Assembly (NCBI GenBank): GCA_951406725.2
Contig: OX597816.1
Span: 20,460,001 to 20,524,000 of the forward strand
Direction of reading: 5' to 3'
Source of the DNA: Octopus vulgaris
Taxonomy: Eukaryota
Length of the DNA: 64,000 nt
In this document: piece by piece, positions 24,576 to 37,409 of the stretch
How the letters are laid out: each line of letters starts with the position of its first letter
How positions within the stretch are numbered: the first letter of the stretch is position 1
Translations under genes and position numbers: made by a program
The notes under the pieces: generated by a model
Database searches by the model: none
Told to the model about the DNA's origin: nothing
What the model saw: the letters and a program-made list of their open reading frames with translations, nothing else

Positions 24576-25169
24576 AAGTGTGATGTGATGTAGTGGTCTT
24601 GTGTCCAAGAGAGGCTGCGCTTTGTGTCAATTCTGTTTTTTGTCAGAAGTCAAACTACCGATGATTAATTATCGTGCATTAACAGGCAACCGCATATGGC
24701 AAATAACTGTGCTTTTTTAAAAAAAAAACACATCGTCCAACTACTTTTTCAGTGAACCATACACTTAATTTTTGTATCCTGCAAATGCTGAGATTCATTC
24801 ACAAAAAGACCGAGATGTCATTGTTAGCTACCGAATCAAAATACGGAACATATATGGAAGCTTCTAATTTATTCACTACTTATCAATAAGATCTTTGATA
24901 AAATAAAAACTATTCTTCCTTTGACTTCGTTGCTGTTACTCATAAATCATATAATATTTAAATGCATTTGTTGTGTATTTCAAAAATTATGTTATTAAAA
25001 ACTTTTATTAACATGAAACAAGATAGATATTGGTTTTACATTTTGGCACAATGCCAGTAATTTCAGGTATGGGGTTTCATCGATTACTTTAGTGCTTTAG
25101 TGCTTTAATGGCACTAATTTTATCGACCCCAAAAGGAAATTTGAACTCAGAACGTAAAGATTAATGAAA

Positions 25170-25406
25170 TACCTATTTCTTTACTACCCACAAGGGGCTA
25201 AACATAGAGGGGACAAACAAGGACAGACAAACGGATTAAGTCGATTACATCGACCCCTAGTGCGTAACTGGTACTTAATTTATCGACCCCGAAAGGATGA
25301 AAGACAAAGTCAACCTCGGCGGAATTTGAACTCAGAATGTAACGGCAGACGAAATACGGCTACGCATTTCGCTCGGCGTGCTAACGATTCTGCCAGCTCG
25401 CCGCCC
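25170..25406 (-). mobile_element. Nin-domain SINE (family A) inserted in an older relative
   Basis: Full head and body; AAGATTAATGA duplicated on the flanks. Confidence 0.85.
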
Positions 25407-25859
25407 TAAGATTAATGATTAAGTAAAGATTAATGAAATACCGTTAATCATTTTGCCCAACATGTTAACGATTCTACAACCTCGCTGCCTTAAACAAGAT
25501 AAATATTACGTTTTCAAACTTGTAAATGATTAATAGACCAATAACGAAAGAATTCAGATTTTTATTTTATTTAACTATGCTTTTCCCTACACATGAAAAA
25601 TTATACTGATAGGGTGGAAAATTTCAAAGTAAACCATTAATTTTAGTCGCTGAGTTTCACGAATAAAATGACACCTCAGTAAAATGTACCCTATGTTATT
25701 TGTCTTTTACTTCACTTGTTAATACGAACAAGAGGATAGGTACCCGTATGGTTAAGAAATCTTCTTGGTAAAGGACACGCTAGATAATATGGCTTAGATA
25801 TACTATGGCTGAAAATTAAATGGATGTTTAATGTGAATTTAAAAAAAAAACGATAAACG

Positions 25860-26378
25860 TCGCCCTTTTCAAGCCTAGCCAGGCTCATGGGCCTGGTTTC
25901 CCGGTTTCTGTGGTGTATGTGTCCCCCCCTCCCAGCTGGATGGAACGCCAGTCCATCGCAGCATTACTCAAGAAACAGGAAGAGAGAGAAAGTTGTGGTG
26001 AAAGTGTACACAGGTGTCGCCACCACCCCCTGCCGGAGCCTGTGGAACCTTTAGGTGTTTTCGCTCAATAAATACATACAACGCCCGGTCTGGGAATCGA
26101 AACCTATTTCTTTACTACCCACAAGGGGCTAAACAGAGAGAGGACAAACAAGGACAAACAAACGGATTAAGTCGTTCATATCGACCCCTGTGCGTAACTG
26201 GTACTTAATTTATCGACCCCGAAAGAATGAAAGGCAAAGTCGACCTCGGCGGAATTTGAACTCAGAACGTAGCGGCAGACGAAATACCACAAAGCATTTC
26301 ACCCGGCGTGCTAACGTTTCTGCCGGCTCGCCTGGGAATCGAAACCGCTCCCCTAAACACTGGGCCATTGCGCCTCCA
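25860..26378 (-). mobile_element. family C-type tRNA SINE (alternative tail) with a family A SINE (26105-26331) inserted in its B box
   Basis: TSD CTGGGAATCGAAACC at 26090-26104 and 26332-26346. Confidence 0.85.
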
Positions 26379-27654
26379 ATGTGAATTAAACTAGGACTAA
26401 ACTACTGTCGCGGCAGTGATGACAACACACTACAAATCATGTAACAACAAGGTAACGTCAGATCTCCCTTAAACCGGTCTCTAGTGTCTTAAAAGGACAC
26501 ATTGGTTTACTCTTGCTACCATATTTCTGTTGAAATGCACTGAATCCCTACGTTTAGATTATATCATGCAGATAATTAAAAAAAAACAAAAAAACAAGGA
26601 AATAGTGCTATACATAATTCCCAGTGACTAGAAATCTTAAAAACTTCGTAATCGGTATGCAACAAAGAGAAATTAAAAGGGTATTCTATGCGCCTTTTTC
26701 CTTATTCCTTACTTTCAATTTCAAACTTCTAACCCCATCAAATATTATGACGGAATGATTATCGCCCTTGTATGAACTATCCGCCAAGGGACACCACGTG
26801 TTTAATAGCATAAGGTGCCATTATTAAGCCGGAGTTTGGGGCATGTATTAACATGAAATTTTTGATGGGAGGTTTTATTTTAGGACACTTTACGACAGGA
26901 ATTTTGTATCATTAAACCAGAGGCTGTCTCAAGTGAATTGATATCAAAGGCTTTATTAAACTCTGAAAAAAAATGTTCCTTTTTAACCAACATCAATGCT
27001 TGAACAAATTTTGTTAATAGATCTTCTCGCTGAAACCTGACCCGGAGCAATACAACAACCAGAAAAAAAGAAACAATTATTTTAGATGCTGCACACCAAG
27101 CAAATACTACAGACCAATAGCTGTGACGATTCTAAGTACACTAAGTACCCTTCTATTCACATACTGTGTATCTTGAACCTTCCCCTCTCTCTCTCTCTCT
27201 GTATTTTTTGATCGATAATTTTAAGTATTTTTCAAATAACTTATTTGTATTGTCTCATTTATCATGGTAATTCATTTTCTTACACTGGAGGCTTGGGATA
27301 GGAAAGGAAGCAAGCAATCACCCCCAGAGTGTTTTAAGTTCTAAATATGACAGGAAAATATCATCATACCATAAAACAATTAATTCGAGAGCTCTTCTGT
27401 TTCAGAAGCTCCCTTGTTCTTCTAAGGTGGTCCCATTGCCATAAATTAGAAGTCAATTCTAAATTACGAGCATTTTAAAAAATTATTCTTTTCAATTTAC
27501 TCCTGAGTGAGAGGAGAAACAACATTGATATAAATAAAGAAAATTTCGAATCTAGGAGAAAATAAGCTTAATTAATTAAAATATACTTAACAATCGATAT
27601 AAAAGTTTTATATAATAAGAGATATATAAAGTAATTCACTTCTTCATAATCTTT

Positions 27655-28545
27655 TCTACTCTAGGCACAAGGCCCGACATTTTGGGGGAGGGGGCCAGTC
27701 GACTGATACTTAATTTATCAATTTCTTTACTACCCACAAGGGGCTAAATACAGAGGGGACAAACAACGACAGACAAATGGATTGAGTCGATTACATCAAC
27801 CCCAGTGCGTAACTGGTACTTAATTTATCGACTCCGAAAGGATGAAAGGCAAAGTCGACCTCGGCAGAATTTGAACTCTGAACGTACCTATTTCTTTATT
27901 ACCCACAAGGGGCTAAACATAGAGGGAGAAACAAGGACATACAAATGGATTGAGTCGATTACATCAACCCCAGTGCGTAACTGGTACTTAATTTATCGAC
28001 CCCGAAAGGATGAAAGGCAAAGTCGACCCCGGCAGAATTTGAACTCTGAACGTACCTATTTCTTTATTACCCACAATAGGTTAAACATAGAGGGGACAAA
28101 CAAGGACAGACATAGGTATTAAGTCGATTACATCGACCCCAGTGCGTAACTGGTACTTATTTAATCGACCCCGAAAGGATGAAAGGCAAAGTCGACCCCG
28201 GCAGAATTTGAACTCTGAACGTAGAGGCAGACGAAATACCTATTTCTTTACTACCCACAAGCGACTAAACACAGAGGGAGCAAACAAGGTCAGACACACG
28301 GATTAAGTCGATTACATCGACCCCAGTGCGTAACTGGCACTTAATTTATCGACCCCGAAAGGATGAAAGGCAAAGTTGACCTCGGCGGAATTTGAACTCA
28401 GAACGTAGCGGCGGACGAAATACCGCTCAGCATTTCGCCCGGCGTGCTAACGTTTCTGCCAGCTCGCCGTATATCTGATACTTAATTTATCGAAAGGATG
28501 AAGGCAAAGTCGACCACGGTGGAATTTGAACTCAGAAATTCACGT
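27655..28545 (-). mobile_element. Nin-domain SINE (family A) tetramer nested in an older copy
   Basis: Four body units and one head ending near 28470. Confidence 0.85.
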
Positions 28546-28825
28546 CCTCATAATGAAAAATATATGAAGTTATTCAGTGTTCAGTGTAATTATAATTTAT
28601 TTTTTTCAGAATACTGGCAAGTGTCACTATTGCATTTCTGGCGTTGATCTGTCCACTTATTTTTAATTAATGTATATCCACCTCATGTTGCACTAACTGC
28701 CGGTGATTGTAGGGTGGCACAAATAATGTCTTGTCGTCAGCATAATCTAATTTTAACACCTGGATACATTTCAAACACTAGTTTCAGTGCCCAGTTCATT
28801 GAGTATTTGAAAAAGCTAGAGAAAA

Positions 28826-29870
28826 CAGGGTGTTTCAAAAAAATTTGATATCACTTGAGATGTAAATTTCACAGACACTATACAGTCAAATCAAATGAAA
28901 CTAAACAGGGTTAATGTTGAGTAACATAAGATTTATTCCTCCAAATTTGAATGAGAAATTCAAAGGTATGTGGATTCCATGAACGATTTTACAAATGTTC
29001 GATATGCACACCACCTGAGACACGACACACGTCAAGTCGCTAATCCAGCTCCTCCCAAACACGCTACAGCATCTCTTGAGTAACAGTCTCCAGTGCGGTA
29101 GTAATTCTCTGCTTGAGTTCCTTTAGGTTTGCAGGAGGAGGAAGACATAGACCAGGCCCTTCACATAACCTCAGAGAAAAGAATCGCAAAGTGTCAGGTC
29201 AGGTGAACATGTCTATTTCAACAGCACATTGTCTTCATCACCAGCACGCCCAATCCATCTCCCTCGCAGAATGTCATTGAGATAAGCCCACACAGTAAGC
29301 TTCCAGTGAGATGGAGCCCCGTCCTATTGAAAGATGAAGTCTCCGTGTTCATTTGCAATGAGCTCATCCATTAGCCAGTTCTGAAGCAATTGCAGATAAA
29401 CATCGCTGGTCACACTTCCCTCAAAGAAAAATGGGCCATGAAGAAGCTTCTTGGGGATGGAGCAGAACACATTCACTTTTGGTGAGTCCCTCTCATTTTC
29501 AACTGACATGGGGATTTTCTTCGCCCCAAATGCGAACATTATGATTATTGACTTTTCCATTAGTATGAAATGTGGCCTCATCACTGAAAACAAGACGTTC
29601 CTTGAACTCGGCTTCTTCAAGTTTCTTTTGTATATCAATACAGAATTGTTTGCGCTTTCGCTTATCCTCTGCTTTAAAGGCCTGAACAAGCTGCAACTTG
29701 TAGGGTTTCATTAGCAAACGTTTCCTCAGGACACACCAAACTGTCGTTGGAAGAATCTGAGTTTCCAGACTTCTTCTTATGGACTTCTTGGGGCTTTGCA
29801 AGAGTTTTTGTCAAACCCACTCGACCGTCTCTTCTGATGTTAGTGGTCGTCCAGATCCTTTTGCCCTACA
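28826..29870 (-). mobile_element. degenerate Tc1/mariner-superfamily transposon (rosa/DD41D-like), one TIR visible
   Basis: Frameshifted motifs LVFSDEATFHTNG, ERDSPKVNVFC, GPFFFEG, Q*DGAPSH, SPDLTLCDSFL*G; terminus CAGGGTGTTTC. Confidence 0.85.
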
Positions 29871-30159
29871 CAGAAAGCATTTAAAACAAAAAAATTTTCT
29901 GCCCTGTCCAAATCTGCATTGCCGTTGATGACTTTTGAGTGAACACTCTCACAAATGCACGCTGCACAGTCTTGTCAAACTGGTATGTTACAGGGATGTA
30001 AACACATCACCACCGGTTATCAATCGGTGGCGGGGACAAACACAGACATACACACATGCACAGATACATATGTATGTATGTGTGTGTGTGTATGTGTATA
30101 TATATATGAAAGCAATAATAAATCTCTGAGCTAGATATAAACAGTAGCGGCGCGACATC

Positions 30160-30315
30160 GTGATGTATATTTGCCACCTAAAAGTGACTGACCCATTAGG
30201 GACGATGCTCTTGTAGCTTATACCCCCAGAAAGACATCTCCTCCAGCTGGCTATTGACACAGTGTCTCATCGTCCCTAATGGTTCAGCCACTTTTAGGTG
30301 GCAAATATACATCAC
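30160..30315. repeat. fold-back inverted repeat with 48-bp arms
   Basis: Arms 30160-30207 and 30268-30315. Confidence 0.85.
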
Positions 30316-30444
30316 AATATATATACTATTTACCACTTATTGTACTTTATTGATTTACTATAAGGTTTTTTTTATAGTATATGTTTTCTATATGGTGTGA
30401 ATAACATCTTTCTTTATTGAATTATTTAATAGTGTTTTTTCTCT

Positions 30445-30485
<41 letters not shown>

Positions 30486-30741
30486 CGATAAGATCGTTAT
30501 ATATATATATATATATAACGATAAGATCGTTAATTTAAAAATAACGATTTTATCAAGTGGTCAGCATGGAAAAAATAACCTTCAAAGGTAATAATTATTA
30601 AAGTTATCCAGTAATTATTTACTAGTTTCATCTTGTCGCTTTGTTTTCTCTCCGTGTTGATATATAGACAATTTAGGTGGTTTTAAAGTCAGATCATGGC
30701 TGCTATTTTCAGCATGGTGGTATCTTGTAGATACCCTAGTT

Positions 30742-30793
<52 letters not shown>

Positions 30794-31183
30794 TTTATAT
30801 AAAGAGAGAGAAAGATACGACGAGCTTTCAATTTCCGTCTGCCAAATTCATTCACAAGGTTTGGTCGGCCCAAGGCTATAGCAGGAGATACTTACTCAAA
30901 ATGCCACGCTGTGGAACTGAAACCACCAGCAAACCTCTTACCACACCACCACAAAAGTTCTCAAACGGGACCAAATTTGTTTATAACGACTTGGAGAACT
31001 TTGAAATTTCAAATTCCGCCCTATACCAGAAGTATTTGCACCACCTCCGGTAAAGAGCTCTGCAGAAAAGTCAGACTTCATTGCCTACTTAATCCATTTG
31101 ATGAACTTGTATTCTATATGCATAACTTGATGCGACTGAATTAAAGCCAGTAGAATATCTAATGGTATTAGGTATATTGAAAA

Positions 31184-31420
31184 GGCGGCGAGCTGGCAGA
31201 AACGTTAGCACGCCGGGCGAAATGCTTTGCGGTATTTCGTCTGCCACTAAGTTCTGAGTTCAAATTCCGCCAAGGTCGACTTTGCCTTTCATCCTTTCGG
31301 GTTCGATTAAATAAGTACCGTTACGCACTTGGGTCGATGTAATCGACTTAATCCGTTTGTCTGTCCTTGTTTGTCCTCTCTCTGTTTAGCCCCTTGTGGG
31401 TAGTAAAGAAATAGGTATTA
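31184..31420 (+). mobile_element. Nin-domain SINE (family A) monomer
   Basis: Full head and body. Confidence 0.9.
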
Positions 31421-32259
31421 GGTATTGAATAAACTACTGCATTTGAAGGTAACTCTCAGCTTGATAGAAAACATATTTATTTGTAATAAGATTGGTTTCC
31501 CTTAGAATGACCCATCCATTGATTTTCCCTCCATTTTTGCCACCTACAATAGTTATGGAGCTCGTTGAAACTAGAGATCTCAAGCATCTCCTCCGTGAGA
31601 TCCTGTCAGAAGCAAACATCATTCAACTTTCTTTCTTGATTCCTAAGCTTGACTGAGACTACGGATATTATCCAATCATCTTGTTCTTCGTTTATAATAG
31701 ATCTCCTGCCGATTGGCTCAGTTTGAAGAATATGTCTTGCGGGTTTTTTTCTTGCAGCATTCTAAACACAGGTCCGTAGTACGAGAGCTGTGACCTCCCA
31801 ACATGGAAAAGAAGCGTCTCGATGAAAATACTCTCTGATCTGTGAGCAACGCACCCTGTTGAGTAACGTCACTCTAGAGACCCTCGGGGGGAATCCCATT
31901 TCGGCTGCTTTTATTCACGATCGTAGAACGATGAGATATCAAAAATATTTCACTGCAAATAATACCTTACTGTATTAAGTTTTATCTTGTTGCGCCCTGT
32001 GTTCGAATCCTGACAGGCTAGAGATAACTTCAAGTTTTATAACCTTCAGAGCTTAATAAAATAAGATCCAGTCACGTATGATTCCCAATTCTGTTGACCA
32101 AAATACTCACCAAAAAATATTTAGCGTGACACCATTATAAGAAATACTTGTTATCTGAATCCTTCTAAGTTCAAATCCGGTTGTAGTTAGAAATAATACA
32201 TTTCTAAATCTCTCAAAGAGATTTATACACTAGTAACACGATAAAGTGGTGGTATGTTG

Positions 32260-32550
32260 TCAACTTAATGTGACAGTCCCATGAAAGGGAAGAGTACTGC
32301 TGCTATTTAGCCCTAGGAAGCACCGCTTCCTTTCGGCCTTGACACATTTCCTGTGTCCTTATGTTTACAAAGGAGAGATAAGCAATGACTCAGAAACTAG
32401 TCTCTGGGTGCTGGCTTTGCTGGGTAGAGGTGTTTATCTCCCCCTTTGTAAGCATAATGACACAGGAAATGTGTCAAGGCCGACAGGAAGCGGTGCTTTC
32501 CAGAGATAAATAACAGTAGTATTCTTCCCTTTCATGGGACTGTTACGGTT
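32260..32550. repeat. fold-back element (~115-bp arms) related to 44195-44428
   Basis: Arms ~32268-32382 and ~32430-32547. Confidence 0.8.
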
Positions 32551-33919
32551 GTGGTTAGTTTTAAATTTCGTCTCTCATGGAGGGTGATCAAATTATTGCT
32601 ATCACTAGTTTCTTTCTACCTCTGCATCACATTCGCTATAGTAATAACAATACTATAGTAATAATAACTAGTAATAACAGCCAAATCTGTTTTAAAAAAC
32701 CTTAAGAAAAGAAAGAAAAATGTGGATAACGTAGTTATAGAAATGCTACGTCTAAAAATATGGTGTGATAGTCATATCTGGATCACCTTCAGCTATAGGT
32801 GATACTTCAGCTATAGGAAAATGTGGGAAAATAGTTACAGAAATGCTACATCTAAAATTAAGGTGCGATGGTCATATCTGGAGCACCTTCAGCTTGAGGC
32901 TTCCTTGATTAAGACCAGCATGTGAATGAACAGTAAAAGAAATATTAGTACTTTATTTGACGACCCAGAAGAATGAAAAGTAAAGTTGACTTTCATGGGA
33001 TTCGAACTCAGTGTGCAACGAACCACATAATACAAGGTATTCCATCTGATGTAACAGGGCAACAAATTTGCCACCCTTAGCTTTAGGCAACAAAAAAAGC
33101 AGAGCAAAACAAAATCTAGTTGATCATAGGCTTGAACTCCTTTAAACTGAGATCTACTCCATCAGAGCTGATCTGAAGCTAAATAACAAGCCTGCACTCG
33201 GAATGCACAGCAGTAGACAATATTGTACAGCACTTCAAAGCACCACACTGCACTACACAGTACTACAAAGTACCTCACAGTCATTACTACGCATCATCGT
33301 CCACTTGTAGCGTGTGGTATGATGTATGAGGACCTACTGATATGTGGATCAACATATAGATGTTTGACTGATTACTTCTGTGACAAAGGCCTGCCTGACC
33401 AGAATGACCTGTAAGCTACAGAATAACAACTACACCTAACCCTTACCTCTCTTCTTCTCTTCTCTATTTCCTCCACCTCTCGCTCTCTCTCTCTTTTCTT
33501 CTCTTTCTAGTTCTCTTTCCTCTCTCTTATATCGTTCCTGGCTTTTCTAGCAGCCAGCTTACACCACCGCTGCTGTTTCTGATTCGACTACTGCTTTCTG
33601 CTGTTTCTCATATTGATTTTCTTCATTCACACAATGGTTCATTCAATTTTCTTTTAAACTCTGTATAACCTTGGTTTATCAACACTGGAAGTCACAAGCC
33701 AAGAGAGTGAACGACTTAATAGTTACTCGACCAGCTAGAAATAGCAACAAAAACCTGCCGCAATCACACGTTATGTTCTTCAGAAATATGGACGCGCATA
33801 ATATTCTGGGTTCTTTGCATAGCAAGAAACAAGATAAATGGTGACATATAGAATGCTTTTGACCATTAGGCCTGCTTGATCAGGACTAGGTTGGAATTAA
33901 GCAGCAACAACAACATTGT

Positions 33920-34131
33920 TTTCTACTCTAGGCACAAGGCCCGAAACTTTTGGAGATGGGGCCAGTCGATTACATCGACCCCAGTATGCAACTAATACTT
34001 AATTTATCAACCCTGAAAGGATGAAAGACAAAGTCGACCACGACGGAATTTGAACTCAGAACGTAAAGACAGACGAAACACTGCTAAGCATTTCGCCCGG
34101 CGTGCTAACGTTTCTGCCAGATCGCCACCTT
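33920..34131 (-). mobile_element. Nin-domain SINE, alternative tail (CCTTGTGCCTAGAGTAGAAAA)
   Basis: Head and Nin core; similar copies at 37222-37410, 44930-45062, 53390-53597 and 61205-61380. Confidence 0.8.
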
Positions 34132-34583
34132 AAAGCAACAGCAATATTAACAACAACACAACAAAAACAATAGCAAAACAACAATTACAGCAACAATAAG
34201 AAAAACAAAAATATCAACAACAACGACAACAGCAACACAAGAAGTCAATTCTTCAGAGACTGACTTCTTTATCTTGAAGAACATAAAGATCGAAAACTCC
34301 ATCCTGGAAGACATTTAATCTGAAGTTCTGCCGTTTCTGGTATCATTCCATTGCTTTTTGGTTCTGTTTCTTTATGTTGGTACACCAAACACCACCCTAT
34401 AATTGCCAATACTATCTGTTCCAGATAACATGATCATGTCATTAGTAAATCAGATATTAAGCACATATTTGGGATCCACGGTTCTACCACCACCACCATC
34501 ACCATCTCTGCTATTACTATTATATTGTTGTTGCTGTTAAATCCTAGGTTAACCGTATTTAGGTATATCTTTGATCAAAAGAG

Positions 34584-35009
34584 TGTAGTGACGCCATTTT
34601 GGAAATCTCCAGCACGCATGCGCAGAGTTGGAATCTTCAGGAAGGCTTGCCGGAAGTTCCCTCATGCTCATGCGCAGAAAACTAGCACCAGCGAAATTCT
34701 CTTGTATCTCTGTCTTGGACGCTAGCAGCTGAACGATACAGACGTGTCTCCTGCAGCTCTCTCGAGCTGCTACCTCGTGGAGCATCTCCGCTATGCTTGA
34801 ACGGGGGCAGGATTGACTCACTCCACTTGATTACTGCCGATAAGTTCCTAGGCTGCCGATTCGCCCAGAGGAAGGAAATGTTTATATTGCGAATCAAAGA
34901 ATAAATATTTATACTGTTGAACGGAAAATCTTGACTCTTTCTTCAATTAATATTTAATGTAAAGGATGCGAGAAGCACCCATCCAGTGCGGGAATCGCAC
35001 CCTGTTACA
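34584..35009 (+). mobile_element. probable solo LTR
   Basis: TGTA...TACA termini, imperfect AGAG/GGAG TSD, CpG-rich, AATAAA near 34899. Confidence 0.6.
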
Positions 35010-35521
35010 GGAGTATCAACCACAACTAATTTGTCCTTTATGTTTTTAGATACTCAAAGCTGTGCCAACCAATATGGCTTTTCAGCAATTAATATGGTGG
35101 AGTAGAGATTTGGTTGCATTTTCTAACAGGCTCAAAGCTCTGAGATCAAATTTGTATACTGGGGTCGACGAAATTGTCTAATCCACACAAAGAAGAAAAT
35201 TCAGATGTTGTACCCTTAGCAAAAAGAATTATTATTGTTTTTGTGTATTCCAAAATCAACTCTGATCAACTACATCCAGAAAAAGTTTCAGTCAAGTACT
35301 AGGGTTGTCAGTATTCAGTAAACTCGTCATCGTTTTAAAATTGTTGATTTTGTGCTTAAATCCGATACCATGAAGGCGCTGAGCTAACAGAATCGTTGGA
35401 GCCTTGTGGTATTTTTAACTCTTTGCATTTCATCCTATTTCAAGAACTAGACTCAACATAATTTCTTATCTCCACCAAAATACGTTAAAAACTATCATTA
35501 TTATTATTGCTGTTGTTGTTG

Positions 35522-35571
<50 letters not shown>

Positions 35572-35574
<3 letters not shown>

Positions 35575-35770
35575 GAGTGAGAGAGCAGTGCATTCCATCA
35601 AAGTGACACTGGGGTAAAATATACGAAGCCCAGTATACCCATCATGACTACCTGTCTGATAAGGGTACACCAGGCACATGCATCACAACCATATGTGCAC
35701 GACATGGTGGTCTCATACCAAGATAAACAGCGCATGACCTTGCAGGTGGGGCCCAGTTAGAATTTTCTTT
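35572..35770 (-). mobile_element. family E fragment abutting (ATT)n
   Basis: Reverse complement of 16290-16470. Confidence 0.8.
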
Positions 35771-35779
35771 TTGTTATTT

Positions 35780-36270
35780 TTTTTTTCTTTATTGGTCGGG
35801 AGGGGCAAACAATTCTTATTTGTCTGGTCACTATAGCAAAAGAGGTAGCGTGGTGGACACCTTTGAAAGGGTTAAAGAGACACACTTTTCGCTTTGGCCA
35901 AGCCCTCATAAACTTTTTCAAGTTTCACTTGAAAAAAAAAGTGGGGGTGGAGAGGGAAGCGTTGCTTTCTAGCAAAATTTGTTGCAAGTTGGGTGAATGT
36001 CGGCAAAATGGCCAGTGTAAAAGGACCCATTTTGAGTATGCGCCTGTGAAAAATAAAAGAAGAGCTCTTGCCCTGCTGGTCAGGCACTCACGGTTTTGTG
36101 GGGTTTTCCACGAGTAGCCTTAAAGCACTTCCCCTACTGGGAGTTTGAATTGTTTAATTTTGTTTGTTATTTTATTTAGACAATTTTTAAAACCCTTTGT
36201 ATCGTCCTGTTTTGTCATTTCATGTTGTTTTATGTAAGCCCCTGTGGCCAATAAGAATATCAATTATTAT
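35780..36270 (+). mobile_element. Tx1/L1-like LINE 3' end
   Basis: IAKEVAWWTPLKGL...GQALINFFKFHLKKKVGVERE resembles the Tx1-type ORF2 C-terminus; 3' UTR with (ATT)n tail. Confidence 0.55.
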
Positions 36271-36277
36271 TATTAAC

Positions 36278-36530
36278 CGATAAGAGCATGGGCTACTAAC
36301 CCTTGGATTCTAAGTTCAATCCCAGGCAAGGACTGGAGAAAGAATATCAATTGTAACATAACATCAGCAACGTACCTTAGCAATGAGAACAGTGTCCCCG
36401 ATTAGTCAAATAAAGGGTTGGGTTCAAAATCCCACCAGAACACCTGATGAGGGCTAGAGAATACATCAACCGAAACAGTGTGGTAACAACAAACCAGATG
36501 AGGACACCTATCCATCCATTATAAATAATG
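36278..36530 (+). mobile_element. tRNA-headed SINE with an internal hammerhead motif (family T), diverged
   Basis: tRNA-like GGGCTACTAACCC..AGTTCAATCCCAGG; CTGATGA at 36444 and CGAAAC at 36471. Confidence 0.65.
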
Positions 36531-36873
36531 TACTTGAAGTATACCGACAGTTGAAAATAGAAAACAGTAAGCTTAGGCTTTTATTTGCTTCCAATTCGAC
36601 CAGTCTGAAAATAATATACCACTTTAATTTATACTTATTCAGTAGGATACTAACATACACTATTGATATCCAGTACAAGTCGACATACTCAAACAAAAGA
36701 AGTGTCTACATATATTTAAACAAAGGAACCAATATATTCACCTGATTAATATTGAATTCACTCATTTTTACTTTCCGTTTAATATTCTAATAACACTTTA
36801 TTATAATCTGAATGTGCAAAACGTCAGAGGAAACGGGTTCAAATTCTATGGCTATTTTAGGTAATCAAACGGC

Positions 36874-37144
36874 TGTACATTATTTACATTATGTACATTA
36901 TTTACATTTGACGGATATTTGTCCTCATCTTGTTTGTTGTTAACACAACGTTTCAGCTGTTATACCCTCCAGCCTTCATTAGGTGCCTTGGGGAAATTTC
37001 AAACCTGAGTTCTCATTCTTAAGGTATTTTTCGATGTTGTTGTTATTATCATCATTATTATTGTTCAGGCCACTGCCTGGAATCGAACTCGAAATCTTGG
37101 TATTAGTAGCCCGTGCTCTTAACCAGTACACCATATGCACGGGC
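36874..37144 (-). mobile_element. family T SINE, full length
   Basis: A box TGGTGTACTGGTTAAGAGC, B box GAGTTCGATTCC, HHR-like segment 36943-36986, tandem AATGTA(C/A)AT tail. Confidence 0.8.
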
Positions 37145-37409
37145 AACACCTTTTAGTAATATCGTATAACAACACCCTGTTGAAATATCAGCATCATATG
37201 ACGATATTCGATTATTTTTTATTCTAGGCACAAGGCCCGAAATTTTGGGAGAGGGAGCCTGCCGATTAGATCGACCCCAGTACGCAACGGGTACTTAATT
37301 TATCGACCTCGAAAGAATAAAAGGTAAAGTCGACCTCGGCGGAATTTGAACTCAGAACGAAACGGCAACAAAATACCGCTAAGCATTTTGCCCAGCGTGC
37401 TGACGTTTC

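Noticed and set aside
27655-28545. Regularly spaced repeats resembling a CRISPR array
   Set aside because: Whole units repeat with no unique spacers; they are SINE concatemers in a eukaryotic context
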